Positions 21,105 to 31,290 are shown, counted from the stretch's first letter. The stretch is DNA of 64,000 nucleotides from Dehalococcoidia bacterium (GCA_963662435.1 OY759598.1:2264507-2328506); one strand, 5' to 3'. The notes: generated by a model not told the origin, from the sequence alone. Translations and numbers: made by a program.

Positions 21105-22166
21105 TTAGACGTGGAAGATATATAGACTGCGGTTGTCGATAGGCAGATCAATCCACGCACCGCCGAGCCTGTGACTCTCGCCGATTGCTAAGCAGGTCTC
21201 GGTGATGTTATGAACGATGCCGAGATCGCCGCGAGGCGGGCGCCCATTTTCGTAGGCATCTATGAGGTCTTCCAGGCATACTACCGTCGTCATAGGTGGC
21301 TCGGATGTCGGAATCAGGGTTTCAAGGAAGTGTGGCTGCGGGTCTTGTCTGTCGTCGCTCTTGCGGAAGATCGCGGCACGCCCCTGGCTCATCGATCTGA
21401 TCGAGCCTTCGGTGCCGATGATCTCGAAGTCCCGCGAACCGGCCGGAATCGACCACGCCTCGACTCCGTTGGCGAACCGAATGTGGTAGGTCGCGTGCGG
21501 GTCTTCGTCGAGCCGGTTGTCCTCGATCTCGAGGCCGCGCGGGAGAAGCTCTCCCCTGGCAGCAACGACTCCAGGGTCGCCGAGCAAGTATGAGAGCATG
21601 TCGATGGAATGGATGTGCATATGCATCAACGTGTTAGATGCCGTGTACGCGACCGCATGGGTAGGCTGTCCGATGTCGCCGCGAGCAATGGCTTCTCGGA
21701 CGAACTCGAAGCGGGTATCGAAGCGTAAGAGTACACCCGTATTGAGAATTGTGCCGCTCTTCTCGCAGGCGTCGCGGATACCATCTGCCGCCTCCATCGA
21801 GCATGCTATTGCCTTTTCCACGTATAGCATCGGCACGCCTGCTTCGGCAGCAGCAGTCGCGACCTCGGCATGTGAGTCGCCACGGAAATCGCGAGACGGG
21901 GCCCTGTTACCCGGCTTTGGCACCCCGGTTGCCGTCGTGCAGACGGCGACGATATCCGGCGATTCCTTCTTGATCATCTCTATGTAATCTTCGTAGACGG
22001 AATCGACTCCCCAGGTCTCGGTGAAAGCTGCGCGACGCTCCGGAATCGTCTCAGCGCCGGCTACGAGTTCAACACGGTCGCTGACCTGACATGCAGCAGC
22101 AATGGATATGTCGAGCGTGCTACCCATGCGTCCGAGCCCTACAACGGCCAAGCGGTACTTTTGCAT
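21105..22166 (-). CDS. Gfo/Idh/MocA family oxidoreductase
   Basis: RLAVVGLGRMG, YVEKAIA, MHIHSIDM; start at ATG 22166. Confidence 0.88.
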   Translation of the reverse strand: MQKYRLAVVGLGRMGSTLDISIAAACQVSDRVELVAGAETIPERRAAFTETWGVDSVYEDYIEMIKKESPDIVAVCTTATGVPKPGNRAPSRDFRGDSHAEVATAAAEAGVPMLYVEKAIACSMEAADGIRDACEKSGTILNTGVLLRFDTRFEFVREAIARGDIGQPTHAVAYTASNTLMHMHIHSIDMLSYLLGDPGVVAARGELLPRGLEIEDNRLDEDPHATYHIRFANGVEAWSIPAGSRDFEIIGTEGSIRSMSQGRAAIFRKSDDRQDPQPHFLETLIPTSEPPMTTVVCLEDLIDAYENGRPPRGDLGIVHNITETCLAIGESHRLGGAWIDLPIDNRSLYIFHV

Positions 22167-22230
22167 AGTGAATTCCTGTGGCGAACTCAAAAGGTTCCAG
22201 TCACGTGGTTTTGGCCAACTGCATCGAATA

Positions 22231-22911
22231 CTACGGGGTGTTTACGTCCGGCACGGTGACCTCAATGTCGAGGTTCTCCGCTCGCAGCTTGACTCCGGTC
22301 GAATCAACCGAGACATCAAATCCAATGCCGGTCGTGACACTCTCGCCAGGACCTATCGCCGCACGAGGGTCGTCTTTATCACTCACTACCCCGATGGCGT
22401 ATGGGACCGAAAAACCGTGACTGGCAAATGTCGCCTGCTCCCAGAGACGCCCCTGAGCATCGACGGCCTTGAAGTTGCTGTTGATGTGCGTTACGGGCTG
22501 GAGATTGCCCTCCGTCTTATTCTCCACGGTGTAGTAGACGACCAGGAATATGCCTTCGCGGGCATCGTAATAGGTCGCACCGGTGCCGCCTGCGAGCGCG
22601 CGACCTTCCTGGGTGATCGAGTCGATGCGCTCGGTACCGACGAAGGTCACGACCGCATCGCCGGTCAACGGCTGTTCACCTACAGGCCCGGTGAGCTTGC
22701 TGGTGTCCAGGGTTACAGGCGTATCGAATACGAGTTGGGTTCCAAGAGGCGCCAACGACGCAGTATCAACTTCCGTAAAGCCCTGCTTGCCACCAGGAAT
22801 ATCTTGGAATTCATCGGCCAACTCGGCTCGGCGGGTCTCTTCCGTCGGGTCATCGCACGCGGTTGCTGCCACGGCTACCAACACAAACAGTATCACTACA
22901 CCAATTCGCAT
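22231..22911 (-). CDS. Lipoprotein with Ig-like (DUF4352-type) domain
   Basis: Lipobox ATAC; FLVVYYTVENKT..NFKAVDAQGR..IGPGESVTTGIGFDV pattern typical of DUF4352/MPT63-like domains. Confidence 0.65.
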   Translation of the reverse strand: MRIGVVILFVLVAVAATACDDPTEETRRAELADEFQDIPGGKQGFTEVDTASLAPLGTQLVFDTPVTLDTSKLTGPVGEQPLTGDAVVTFVGTERIDSITQEGRALAGGTGATYYDAREGIFLVVYYTVENKTEGNLQPVTHINSNFKAVDAQGRLWEQATFASHGFSVPYAIGVVSDKDDPRAAIGPGESVTTGIGFDVSVDSTGVKLRAENLDIEVTVPDVNTP

Positions 22912-23159
22912 CTTTGTTCCTCTATCTGACGTATTGTTGGTCGCTGAGACCTTCGTATGGGACTATGAAAACGCTTCGAGAAGATGGGCTCTCATTCACC
23001 TTGTGTTCCTAACATCCTATGGGAGCATAGTCCGTGGTGACAAACGAAGCGACCCCTCGACGCCTTTGCTTACGGCTAGGTAGAATATACCATTCAGGAA
23101 GATATTGGAAAATCTAAGATTTACCATAATCACTAACCATACCCTAACTCACATGTTCA

Positions 23160-24071
23160 ATGGCCGTTATTCGTAAGCAGGATGGCCTTCCGAATCAGCT
23201 AGTGTCGACGTTCCTTCTGTACAGATCGAGTTGCAGGCGTGCCCATTACCTTGTAGCCATGGGGCTACTGGTACTGGCAGCCGCTGCATGTTCCGCCAAC
23301 GTCGAGTCGCAGAGCAGCGGACAGGTCACGCCGGCTGAGACTCTGGGAATTAAGGAGGCCCAGTCACCTGCCGCACCAGCGGCATCGCAAGTCCAGCCCA
23401 AGAGTATCGAGCCGGCAAAGGAGGAACAGTCCAGTGTGAGTATTGGGATGGACATCTCAATGCCGAAGGAACTGCCACACACCGAGGCGTCCGCAGCCCC
23501 CCTTGTCTCAGCAACCGAGCAACCAACGACACTTGTACTGCCAACGGAATCGAGCGCTCTATCTGTATCTCCCAACGAGACTATTGGCGAATCGGTCGCC
23601 GCGAGTAGTGAGACCGACAATTCAAACGAGACTGGTACTTCGGTCTTGCCCAGGCGGCTCCATGTCGGCGGCCAAGCTCGGATGCTGGATGCTATGCAAC
23701 ACCGATCGGCGGGCGTACACGAGGCCGACATCGCCAAGACCATCACCATCGACATCAGGCGCGACGAGGAAAATCGCTATTACTTCGAGCCCTTGGTTCC
23801 TCTGGAAGTACCCGCTGGGGAGACGGTCAAGTTCGTTATCCGTAATATCCATGTCGACTCGTCCGACTGCTGGTGACATACATTTGCCCTTGCTGTAAGC
23901 AAGGAACGCATGAGCCGAACGAAGGGTGAGCTCTTCGCGGACATCAAGCTGCTCGCCGGCGACGTCAAGGAGGTCGTGTTCACCGTCCCCTATGACGAAC
24001 CGACCTTGTATATGTTCAGCCGCAGCTTCGAGTCCCAAGGGATGGCGGAGACCGTCACTATCCTGCGGTAG
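23160..24071 (+). CDS. Lipoprotein with C-terminal cupredoxin-like domain; in-frame TGA (23874-23876), candidate selenocysteine
   Basis: Lipobox AAAAC and Ser/Thr/Pro/Glu linker, then YYFEPLVPLEVPAGETVKFVIRNIHVDSSDCW-TGA-HTFALAVSKERMSRTKGELFADIKLLAGDVKEVVFTVPYDEPTLYMFSRSFESQGMAETVTILR-TAG. The fold pattern continues across the TGA. Start codon uncertain. Confidence 0.75.
23888..23904 (+). promoter_or_regulatory. Candidate bacterial SECIS element
   Basis: CCTTGCT-GTA-AGCAAGG: perfect 7-bp stem, loop starting GU, beginning 11 nt 3' of the in-frame UGA. Confidence 0.65.
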
Positions 24072-24080
24072 ACTGTACCG

Positions 24081-27000
24081 ATGATCCAGCTCATTTCCCG
24101 ACGGCTATCCCAAGACCGCAGACTCCTCCTTGCCATCTTCGTGGGCATCACGATCGCCAGCATCCTGGCAGTCGGCGCACCCATATACCTCCAGTCGCTC
24201 AACGAGATCAGCCTCAGTGTTTCCATCGAGCGTTCCGACCGGCATTCCCTCCGTGTCTGGACGCTCGCCCCTTTTGTCGCCATCCGGCGCGGCGCCATCG
24301 ATGAGACCGATCGTAGCTTTGACTCTGCCATCGGCCGTAACATCGCAGAGATCGAGGAGGACGTCGTCCGCTTCTTCAAAACCGAAGAGATGCTCGTCGG
24401 CCTGCCAGACGTACCGCTCCCTGAGACTGGCAGACCGACCGGCTTCACCCCTCGTGGTCTCTTTCAGACCCTTTCGGACGTCGAACCGCAGCTGGAATTC
24501 ATTGAAGGCCGATGGATCACCGGTGTTATCGAGCGTGGCCCCAGAGGACCGATCATCGAAGGGGTCATGGACGAGTCGCTGGCGACATTCTATGGCCTGG
24601 AGATAAACGATGTAGTCACATTCGCGCAGGCCATCGGCAGTACCGACCGACTACAGGTTCGAGTCGTGGGAATCGCCCGACCCAAAGACCTGACAGACGA
24701 CTACTGGCCGAGAGGTGTGAATCTGTTCGGTCCAGCGACCGGCGCAGGGCCGAACCTCCTGGACTTCGAGCAGCTTATCGACTCCGAGGCATTGGAGGCG
24801 GGCCTGCTGGACGAGGATGACATCGATACCATGGTCGAAATGTTCGTTCATCCGGCGGCTGTGGTCGATGCCATCGGTCAGACCTTCCCCGCCGCGTTTT
24901 CCAGCATCAATTACTTCATGCACGTCCGCAAGTCGGATCTCAAGGAGTGGACGGTCGCTGACGCGAGGGCGCGTTTGGATGGTTACGAGCGCGACCTCGT
25001 GGAAACGATATCCGGCGCATCGATGGCGACCGGCATCTCTGATGTTCTCGACGTTCACGAGCGCCGACGCTTCTTCTCGATGATTCCTATCCTTCTGCTC
25101 ATTGCTGTCATGCTCGCCGTAGTGCTGTATTACCTTTTCATGATGGTCGGGCACCTGATCGAGGCGAGAGAGGACGACCGGGCGGCCCTGCGTGCCCGTG
25201 GCGCGGGCCGGATGCACCTGTTGCGTGTATATGCGTTGGAGGGCCTGGCGCTTACCGTACTCCCAGTGGTGTTCGCCCCATTCATTGCGTATGTGGCTGT
25301 AGCACTCTCGGGCCAGTTGCCATACTTCGACGAGTTCACCGGCGGAGGCACACTACCTGTACGACTGAATTACGTGCCCTTCGTCGTCGCGTTGGGAGGG
25401 GGTCTCGTTTGCCTTGGTGTATTCGTCGTGCCCACCATAGTCTCAAGTAGAACAAGTGTGATCGCTCAGAAGCTTCGTGCGTCCCGTCCGACGTCTGCTC
25501 CGCTGTTCCAGCGCTACTTTCTCGATTTGGGACTCATCGCCCTCGGTGGCCTACTTTTCTGGGAACTCAACGCCCGCGGCCACTTCGTGACTGGAGGCCT
25601 ATTCGAGGACATCCAGGTCAACGAGACTATGTTGCTTGCACCCTCACTCTTCTTGGTTGCGGTGGCGCTGATCTTCATACGAGTATTCCCGTTGTTCATC
25701 CGATACGTCAGCGGTGAATCCTCGATGCTCATCCACTGGCTCACGACAATGACCGTGGCGTCGCTGCCGGTGCTCGTCATATGGCGCGATTCGCAGACCG
25801 AGGAGTCGAACGAATGGCCGCTCCAGGTCGCGATCTTGGCAGCATTCGGTATAGCGTATTGGGCCACCACGAGGGTCACTCGAGTCAAAGAGCGCCTGGG
25901 CGGAATCATCGCCCAGGTGGCCATGGTCGCCCTGTTCGTCTGGCAGCATCCGCCCGACCAAGACGATCTACTTCTGTTCGTCCCGATACTCATCCTCGTG
26001 ACCATCGTTCCACTCCAGCTTGGGTTCTACGTCCTTCGATGGCTGGCCAGCATTACTCCGTTAGTGCTGGTCCTGCCACTGATACATATGTCTCGGAACC
26101 CGCTCCAGTACAGTTGGATGATCTTGCTCCTGGTGCTCCTCACAGGGTTGGGAGTACTTGCTACGACGGTAGGCTCTACCTTGGGCGAGAGCCAGCACGA
26201 CCGAGCGAGATATAACGTCGGTGCAGACATTCACATCAGCGGCATCGAGTTCGACCAGTTCGCCCATCCCCAAAACTGGCGGCGACCGTTTGATGAGACA
26301 GCTGGAGTCGCAGACGTCTCGTTCGGATTCCGTAGCCTGGGACAAACCGGGCCGGATTCAGAGAGAAGCATATTTGAGTTACTCGCTGTCGAGCCTCGGC
26401 GATTCTTGGAGGTCGGATGGTTCCGGGACGACTTTGCCGGCCGCTCTCTTAGCTCAATCATGGGCAGTCTCCTCCCGACGTCGCCGGTCGAGCCAATTCC
26501 AATCCCCGAGGATGCCGGAGGTGTCGGTGTTTGGGCGAAGCCGGAGTCCAGCTATCAGTCCTTGCTAGTCTTATTCCTCGTCATGGACCGGCGGCAGATC
26601 GTGACGGCGCTGCCTGTTGGGAGTCCTATCGACCCAACGAGATGGCAATTGCTGTCCACACTCTTGCCGGAAGACATCCCTCGTCCCCTTCACTTCCTCG
26701 GCCTGTTGACCTTTGAGCAGGGTGTGTTCGGTTCCGCCGGCATCACCGGCTCAGTCCTCCTGAACGACCTGCACGCCGCCGGCCCTGACGGTATTGAGAT
26801 CATCGAACCCTTCAACGGAGACACGAACTGGTCTCCGTTCCGCGTCGCCGATTCCGGGACGGATTCGATCACCTACATCGACGACGATTCCTTCGAAGGC
26901 GGCGTGTCTGCCGTATACCGCTTCGGCCAGGAGACGTACCTCGGAATACGCGGGCTGCACTTACTCCCGGAGGGTGGTCACGTACCCGTGCTCGTGAGTT

Positions 27001-27761
27001 CCACCTTTGCCAAGGCGAACGGCGTCGAGCCCGGCGATTCCTTTGTAGCAACAATTCAGAGTCGTACAGTACCCGTTGTGGTTGGGGACGTTGTGGACTA
27101 CTTCCCTACCCTCTCGCCAAGTGGGCCGGGGTTCATGGTAGCCAACCTCTCGGCGCTGACGACCTACCTCGATATGATCGACCCCGGCGCTCGACATCTG
27201 CCGACGGAGTTATTCATCCGGACTGAATCCGGACAGCAGCAGGCAACACTAGCAGCAGTGTCAGCTCTCGTGGATACGCCGGAACTCATAAACTCGGTCA
27301 TACAAGAGGTCGAACGCTCGGATGTCGACCCGCTCATTACGGCTGGCTGGCGGGTGATGATCCCGATCTCTGCCGGTGTCATCGTCCTAGTTTCGGCCTT
27401 GGGTTATGTCGTCTATTTGATCTCGTTTGGGGGTCGGGCGCGGGTCGAGATTGGCGCCCTTCGGGCGATGGGTCTGAGTCGCGCCCAATTAGTGGGTCTC
27501 TTGACCTTCGAGCATATATCAATTGCACTCATAGGCATTGGCTTGGGAACCTGGGCGGGATTCCAGATGAGCCGGTTCATGGTCACATCCCTGGAGGTAA
27601 GCGAAGAGGGAGAGGAGATACTGCCTCCCTTCCTCCTCACAACCGATTGGGCGTTCATGGTGCCCGTGTACGCACTGATGATCGCTATCGTGGTGGTCGC
27701 CTTGCTGAATTTGAACCGAGGCTTCGGGCGGCTACAGTTATACGAAGTGTTGAAGGACTAG
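24081..27761 (+). CDS. Giant FtsX/MacB-type ABC permease (1226 aa)
   Basis: N-terminal TM, large extracytoplasmic domain and two FtsX-like motifs (AALRARGAGRMHLLRVYALE; GALRAMGLSRAQLVGLLTFE). Confidence 0.85.
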   Translation: MIQLISRRLSQDRRLLLAIFVGITIASILAVGAPIYLQSLNEISLSVSIERSDRHSLRVWTLAPFVAIRRGAIDETDRSFDSAIGRNIAEIEEDVVRFFKTEEMLVGLPDVPLPETGRPTGFTPRGLFQTLSDVEPQLEFIEGRWITGVIERGPRGPIIEGVMDESLATFYGLEINDVVTFAQAIGSTDRLQVRVVGIARPKDLTDDYWPRGVNLFGPATGAGPNLLDFEQLIDSEALEAGLLDEDDIDTMVEMFVHPAAVVDAIGQTFPAAFSSINYFMHVRKSDLKEWTVADARARLDGYERDLVETISGASMATGISDVLDVHERRRFFSMIPILLLIAVMLAVVLYYLFMMVGHLIEAREDDRAALRARGAGRMHLLRVYALEGLALTVLPVVFAPFIAYVAVALSGQLPYFDEFTGGGTLPVRLNYVPFVVALGGGLVCLGVFVVPTIVSSRTSVIAQKLRASRPTSAPLFQRYFLDLGLIALGGLLFWELNARGHFVTGGLFEDIQVNETMLLAPSLFLVAVALIFIRVFPLFIRYVSGESSMLIHWLTTMTVASLPVLVIWRDSQTEESNEWPLQVAILAAFGIAYWATTRVTRVKERLGGIIAQVAMVALFVWQHPPDQDDLLLFVPILILVTIVPLQLGFYVLRWLASITPLVLVLPLIHMSRNPLQYSWMILLLVLLTGLGVLATTVGSTLGESQHDRARYNVGADIHISGIEFDQFAHPQNWRRPFDETAGVADVSFGFRSLGQTGPDSERSIFELLAVEPRRFLEVGWFRDDFAGRSLSSIMGSLLPTSPVEPIPIPEDAGGVGVWAKPESSYQSLLVLFLVMDRRQIVTALPVGSPIDPTRWQLLSTLLPEDIPRPLHFLGLLTFEQGVFGSAGITGSVLLNDLHAAGPDGIEIIEPFNGDTNWSPFRVADSGTDSITYIDDDSFEGGVSAVYRFGQETYLGIRGLHLLPEGGHVPVLVSSTFAKANGVEPGDSFVATIQSRTVPVVVGDVVDYFPTLSPSGPGFMVANLSALTTYLDMIDPGARHLPTELFIRTESGQQQATLAAVSALVDTPELINSVIQEVERSDVDPLITAGWRVMIPISAGVIVLVSALGYVVYLISFGGRARVEIGALRAMGLSRAQLVGLLTFEHISIALIGIGLGTWAGFQMSRFMVTSLEVSEEGEEILPPFLLTTDWAFMVPVYALMIAIVVVALLNLNRGFGRLQLYEVLKD

Positions 27762-27900
27762 AGAAAGCAAGTAGGTAAGGCGAAATCTGTAGGGACCAAA
27801 GCACGATCGGATTCATAAGGGAACGTTGGCTCATGATACTTCGTTTGATGGTTGACCCGTTTAGCCCACATACTCGACCTTCCAAATACGAGCACCTCCT

Positions 27901-30900
27901 TTGCTAGCCACCGTCAGCAAGAGTCTTATTGCCGTCGCAACAGCCTGGCAGCTTGTCGGTAAGCGCAGTCTGGCGCAATGGCGGCTGTTGTCTTCTGTGT
28001 TCGTGGGAGTCCTGCTGGCGACCGCAATGATGGCAGCGGCAGCGGTGTATTTCGAGGCCCTCCGGTCGCTCGCTCTGAAGGTCGACTTGCGGGAGCTCTC
28101 GTCCACTGAATCGAACGTGTTGCTCAGCACGGTACGTGGCCCCACAAACTACCAGGAGTACGGTGATCTAGCAGGTGCAGTGAACGAGGAGACCAATAGG
28201 TACACCGCCTGGTTTCTGCGCAGCCGAGAACGGGCGGCGCGGTCCTCCGTTTTCCTCTCAGCTAAGCCTGGCACGAGCCTCGACGTTGCCGCCCTCGAGC
28301 GTGGGCGCGACCGCTCTTACTTCGCCTTCTACGCGGGAATGGAGGAGCGCATAACGATACTGCCTGGCGGGCGGCAGTCGGGACGACTAACACCCGTGCC
28401 ACCGGGTGAGCCGATCGAGCTGGAAGCCATTGTTCCTGCCGATATCGCACACTTGCGTGGAATTGCCGTCGGTGACGAGCTTATCGCGCTGCCTTGGAGG
28501 GACGACGTGACTCCGCACGCGGTCGTCCGGGTCTCCGGGCTATTCGAGAAAGCCGACCCAGACAACGATTTTTGGGCGATGGATGAACGTATCTTGTCCG
28601 CGTCTTCAAATGTCATAGACGTGGTGCCTTTCTACGTCTCAGAAGACACGTACTTCGACGTGCTGGGTAATTCGTTTCAGTCGATGGAGAGCACCTACGG
28701 TTGGCTGCTCCGCACTGACCTCAATAAGATCGGAACCTCAAACGCCGCAGATGCGATGGTAAGCATCCGATTTCTGAAGAACCGACTCGGATCGCGGTTA
28801 CCAGGATATCTGCAATTCACTTCTCTCGACCTTGCCTTGGAAGAAAACATTCGCAAGGAGTTCTTTGCACAGCTGCCAATGGTCATCGCCATGGTGCTGA
28901 TGGTTGTCGTAATTCTGTACTACGTGGCTGTGCTCTCCGCGATGCTTGCGGCCCAACGGAGCAAGGAGGTCGCCCTACTCAAGAGCCGTGGCGCGACGAG
29001 ACCCCAGATACTCGGAGTGTTCGCCCTGGAAGGCCTGACGGTCGCTGTGTTGGGGGCGTTGCTCGGCCCGCTGCTGGCCGCCGTTGCGATCAGTTCGCTT
29101 GGACTCGTCCCACCGCTATCCCATCTGACCGCGAACGAGTTTCTGTCGGTGAACCTCACGCGAAACGCATTCATACTCAGCGCCATCGGAGGAGCAATGA
29201 GCTTGGTTGCGCTCATGATCCCCGCTATACGCTCGTCGCGGGTGGAAGTGACAGCTGAGCGCCAATTCCGGGCGCGACCCACCCAGCGACCGACTTTCCA
29301 ACGGTACTATCTCGATGTACTGCTTCTGATTGTGGGCGTCCTTCTATTTCGGCAACTTTCGGAGCAAGGCTCGGTCGTCGCAACCGAGGTGTTCGGTGAC
29401 GTGGTCGTCGATCAGATGCTGCTTGCTACCCCGGCCATCATGCTTGGCGGACTCGCGATGGTGTTGCTCCGTCTTCTGCCGATCTTGCTGGGCATTGGCA
29501 GCCGCATATTCTCGGCAAGGCTTCCGGCCGGTATGGTTCTCGGCCTTTGGCAAATGGCCAGGAATCCAACGCACTATGCACGGCTTTCCCTATTGCTGAT
29601 ATTGACCGCGGGTCTTGGAATCTTTGCCTCGGGCATCGGAGGGACGCTCCAGCGAAATTCACAGGAGCGTGTCTTGTATGCGACTGGGTCCGACTTGCGA
29701 GTCGAAGGGATAACTAGGGAGCTTGCCGGGACGACGCGTCCATTTGTTGGCAGCTACGAACAAGTATCAGGCGTCAAACAGGTGCTTGGCGCATATCGAG
29801 GCCGCGGTTTCGATGTTGCGACTACGGACGTTCGGCCTTTCAACGTGCTTGCAGTGGACACAAACAACGTCGATAGCCTCGGGTGGTTCCGTGACGACTT
29901 CGCCGTCGAATCTCCTGACGAGCTTCTTCGGGACAACAGACATCCCAATCTGTCGACTGGCATCCGGCTGCCGAGTGACACTCACACCATTGAGGCCTTA
30001 GTCAAGGTCAGCAGGTCGCATCGCACTACAGTACTGCTTGCGCGGGTCCGCGACGCTAACGGGCGTTACTTCACCTACTCAATGGGCGAGCTCGATTTCG
30101 CCGATGATGCCGATTGGCAAGTTCTCACCACCGACCCGCTCTCTGGAAGTGACGGCAGGTTGGAAGGCGTCAGCGCGCGATTGTTGCCAACTCAACCCGT
30201 TGACCTCGTATCTCTGGCAATTAGTGAACGGGATACCGGAAACCTGCTAACCGGCGGATGGCTGCTAATAGACTCGATTCGTGTTACGACCGAGAATGGC
30301 CAGAGTATTGAGGTCGAAGGTTTTGACAGTGCGCTCGACTGGACCGTCCTTGGGGCGGCTCCCGAGGCAGTTGCGGACCAGCTGTTGTCCTCCGATCAGA
30401 CATCCGGAGACAGTCCTGGCTCCATACTGTTTTCCTGGTCGGGCGGGAGGCCCCTATGGGGTCGTGGCATTTATCACGACACGGCACTTTCGACTCTGCC
30501 CATACTAGCCAGCCCGACTTTCGTAGAAGAGACCGGGCATTCTATCGGCGATGAGTTCAACGTCACACTGGGTGGCGGCTACGTCACCGTGCGACTAGCC
30601 GGCATCATCGACTATTTCCCAACACTGGACACAATCCGCAAACAATGGATCGTCGCCGATCTCGACGCGATCCTCATCGTCGCGAACCTCGACCCGGCGT
30701 CGAGTGAGATCATCGCGAACGAGGTGTGGCTATCTGTAAACGAAGGGGCAGTAGACCAAGTATCCCTTGCCGAGAGTCTTCTGAAGGACCCGTTCCCCGC
30801 CGAAGAGGTCTTCGATCAATTCACCGGACTGGAAGACGCATCGGTCGACCCGTTCGTGGATGCTGGTTGGCGGGCGCTATTGTTCGTGGCCTTCGCCACC

Positions 30901-31290
30901 ATGCTGGGGCTAAGTATTGTCGGATTTGCGCTCCATGCCTACTTGTCGTTCCGAGACCGCGAGGGGCAATTTGCGTTGCTCCGCTCGATCGGCCTTTCGA
31001 CCGGCCAGCTTGCGGCGCTGATGTGGCTGGAGCAGGCCATCGTAGTTGTTTCGGGGCTTGCCTTGGGCACGTGGATGGGAGGCCAGCTTGGGGCAGCCAT
31101 AATTCCGTTTATCGGCAGCGACGAGACAGGTCGCCAGCCTCTGCCGCCTTTCGTCCTGGAGATTGACTGGCCAACGCTCCTTGGCACATACTCGGCGATG
31201 ATCGCGGTCTTCGCCATCGTAATAGTCGGTGTGATAATCGTCGTTCGAAGAATCACTTTGCAGCAAGTCCTGAAGATGGGAGATTTGTAG
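27901..31290 (+). CDS. Giant FtsX/MacB-type ABC permease (1129 aa), paralogue of the upstream gene
   Basis: ALLKSRGATRPQILGVFALE and ALLRSIGLSTGQLAALMWLE motifs; shares FQRYxLD, GWFRDDFA, DYFPTL, DPxxxAGWR and LPPFxLxxDW with 24081..27761. Confidence 0.87.
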   Translation: MLATVSKSLIAVATAWQLVGKRSLAQWRLLSSVFVGVLLATAMMAAAAVYFEALRSLALKVDLRELSSTESNVLLSTVRGPTNYQEYGDLAGAVNEETNRYTAWFLRSRERAARSSVFLSAKPGTSLDVAALERGRDRSYFAFYAGMEERITILPGGRQSGRLTPVPPGEPIELEAIVPADIAHLRGIAVGDELIALPWRDDVTPHAVVRVSGLFEKADPDNDFWAMDERILSASSNVIDVVPFYVSEDTYFDVLGNSFQSMESTYGWLLRTDLNKIGTSNAADAMVSIRFLKNRLGSRLPGYLQFTSLDLALEENIRKEFFAQLPMVIAMVLMVVVILYYVAVLSAMLAAQRSKEVALLKSRGATRPQILGVFALEGLTVAVLGALLGPLLAAVAISSLGLVPPLSHLTANEFLSVNLTRNAFILSAIGGAMSLVALMIPAIRSSRVEVTAERQFRARPTQRPTFQRYYLDVLLLIVGVLLFRQLSEQGSVVATEVFGDVVVDQMLLATPAIMLGGLAMVLLRLLPILLGIGSRIFSARLPAGMVLGLWQMARNPTHYARLSLLLILTAGLGIFASGIGGTLQRNSQERVLYATGSDLRVEGITRELAGTTRPFVGSYEQVSGVKQVLGAYRGRGFDVATTDVRPFNVLAVDTNNVDSLGWFRDDFAVESPDELLRDNRHPNLSTGIRLPSDTHTIEALVKVSRSHRTTVLLARVRDANGRYFTYSMGELDFADDADWQVLTTDPLSGSDGRLEGVSARLLPTQPVDLVSLAISERDTGNLLTGGWLLIDSIRVTTENGQSIEVEGFDSALDWTVLGAAPEAVADQLLSSDQTSGDSPGSILFSWSGGRPLWGRGIYHDTALSTLPILASPTFVEETGHSIGDEFNVTLGGGYVTVRLAGIIDYFPTLDTIRKQWIVADLDAILIVANLDPASSEIIANEVWLSVNEGAVDQVSLAESLLKDPFPAEEVFDQFTGLEDASVDPFVDAGWRALLFVAFATMLGLSIVGFALHAYLSFRDREGQFALLRSIGLSTGQLAALMWLEQAIVVVSGLALGTWMGGQLGAAIIPFIGSDETGRQPLPPFVLEIDWPTLLGTYSAMIAVFAIVIVGVIIVVRRITLQQVLKMGDL

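Noticed and set aside
23160..23876. 238-aa ORF as called by the ORF track
   Set aside because: The TGA bisects a recognisable domain and the frame continues to 24071, so it is treated as read-through (or, less likely, a nonsense mutation) rather than a true end.
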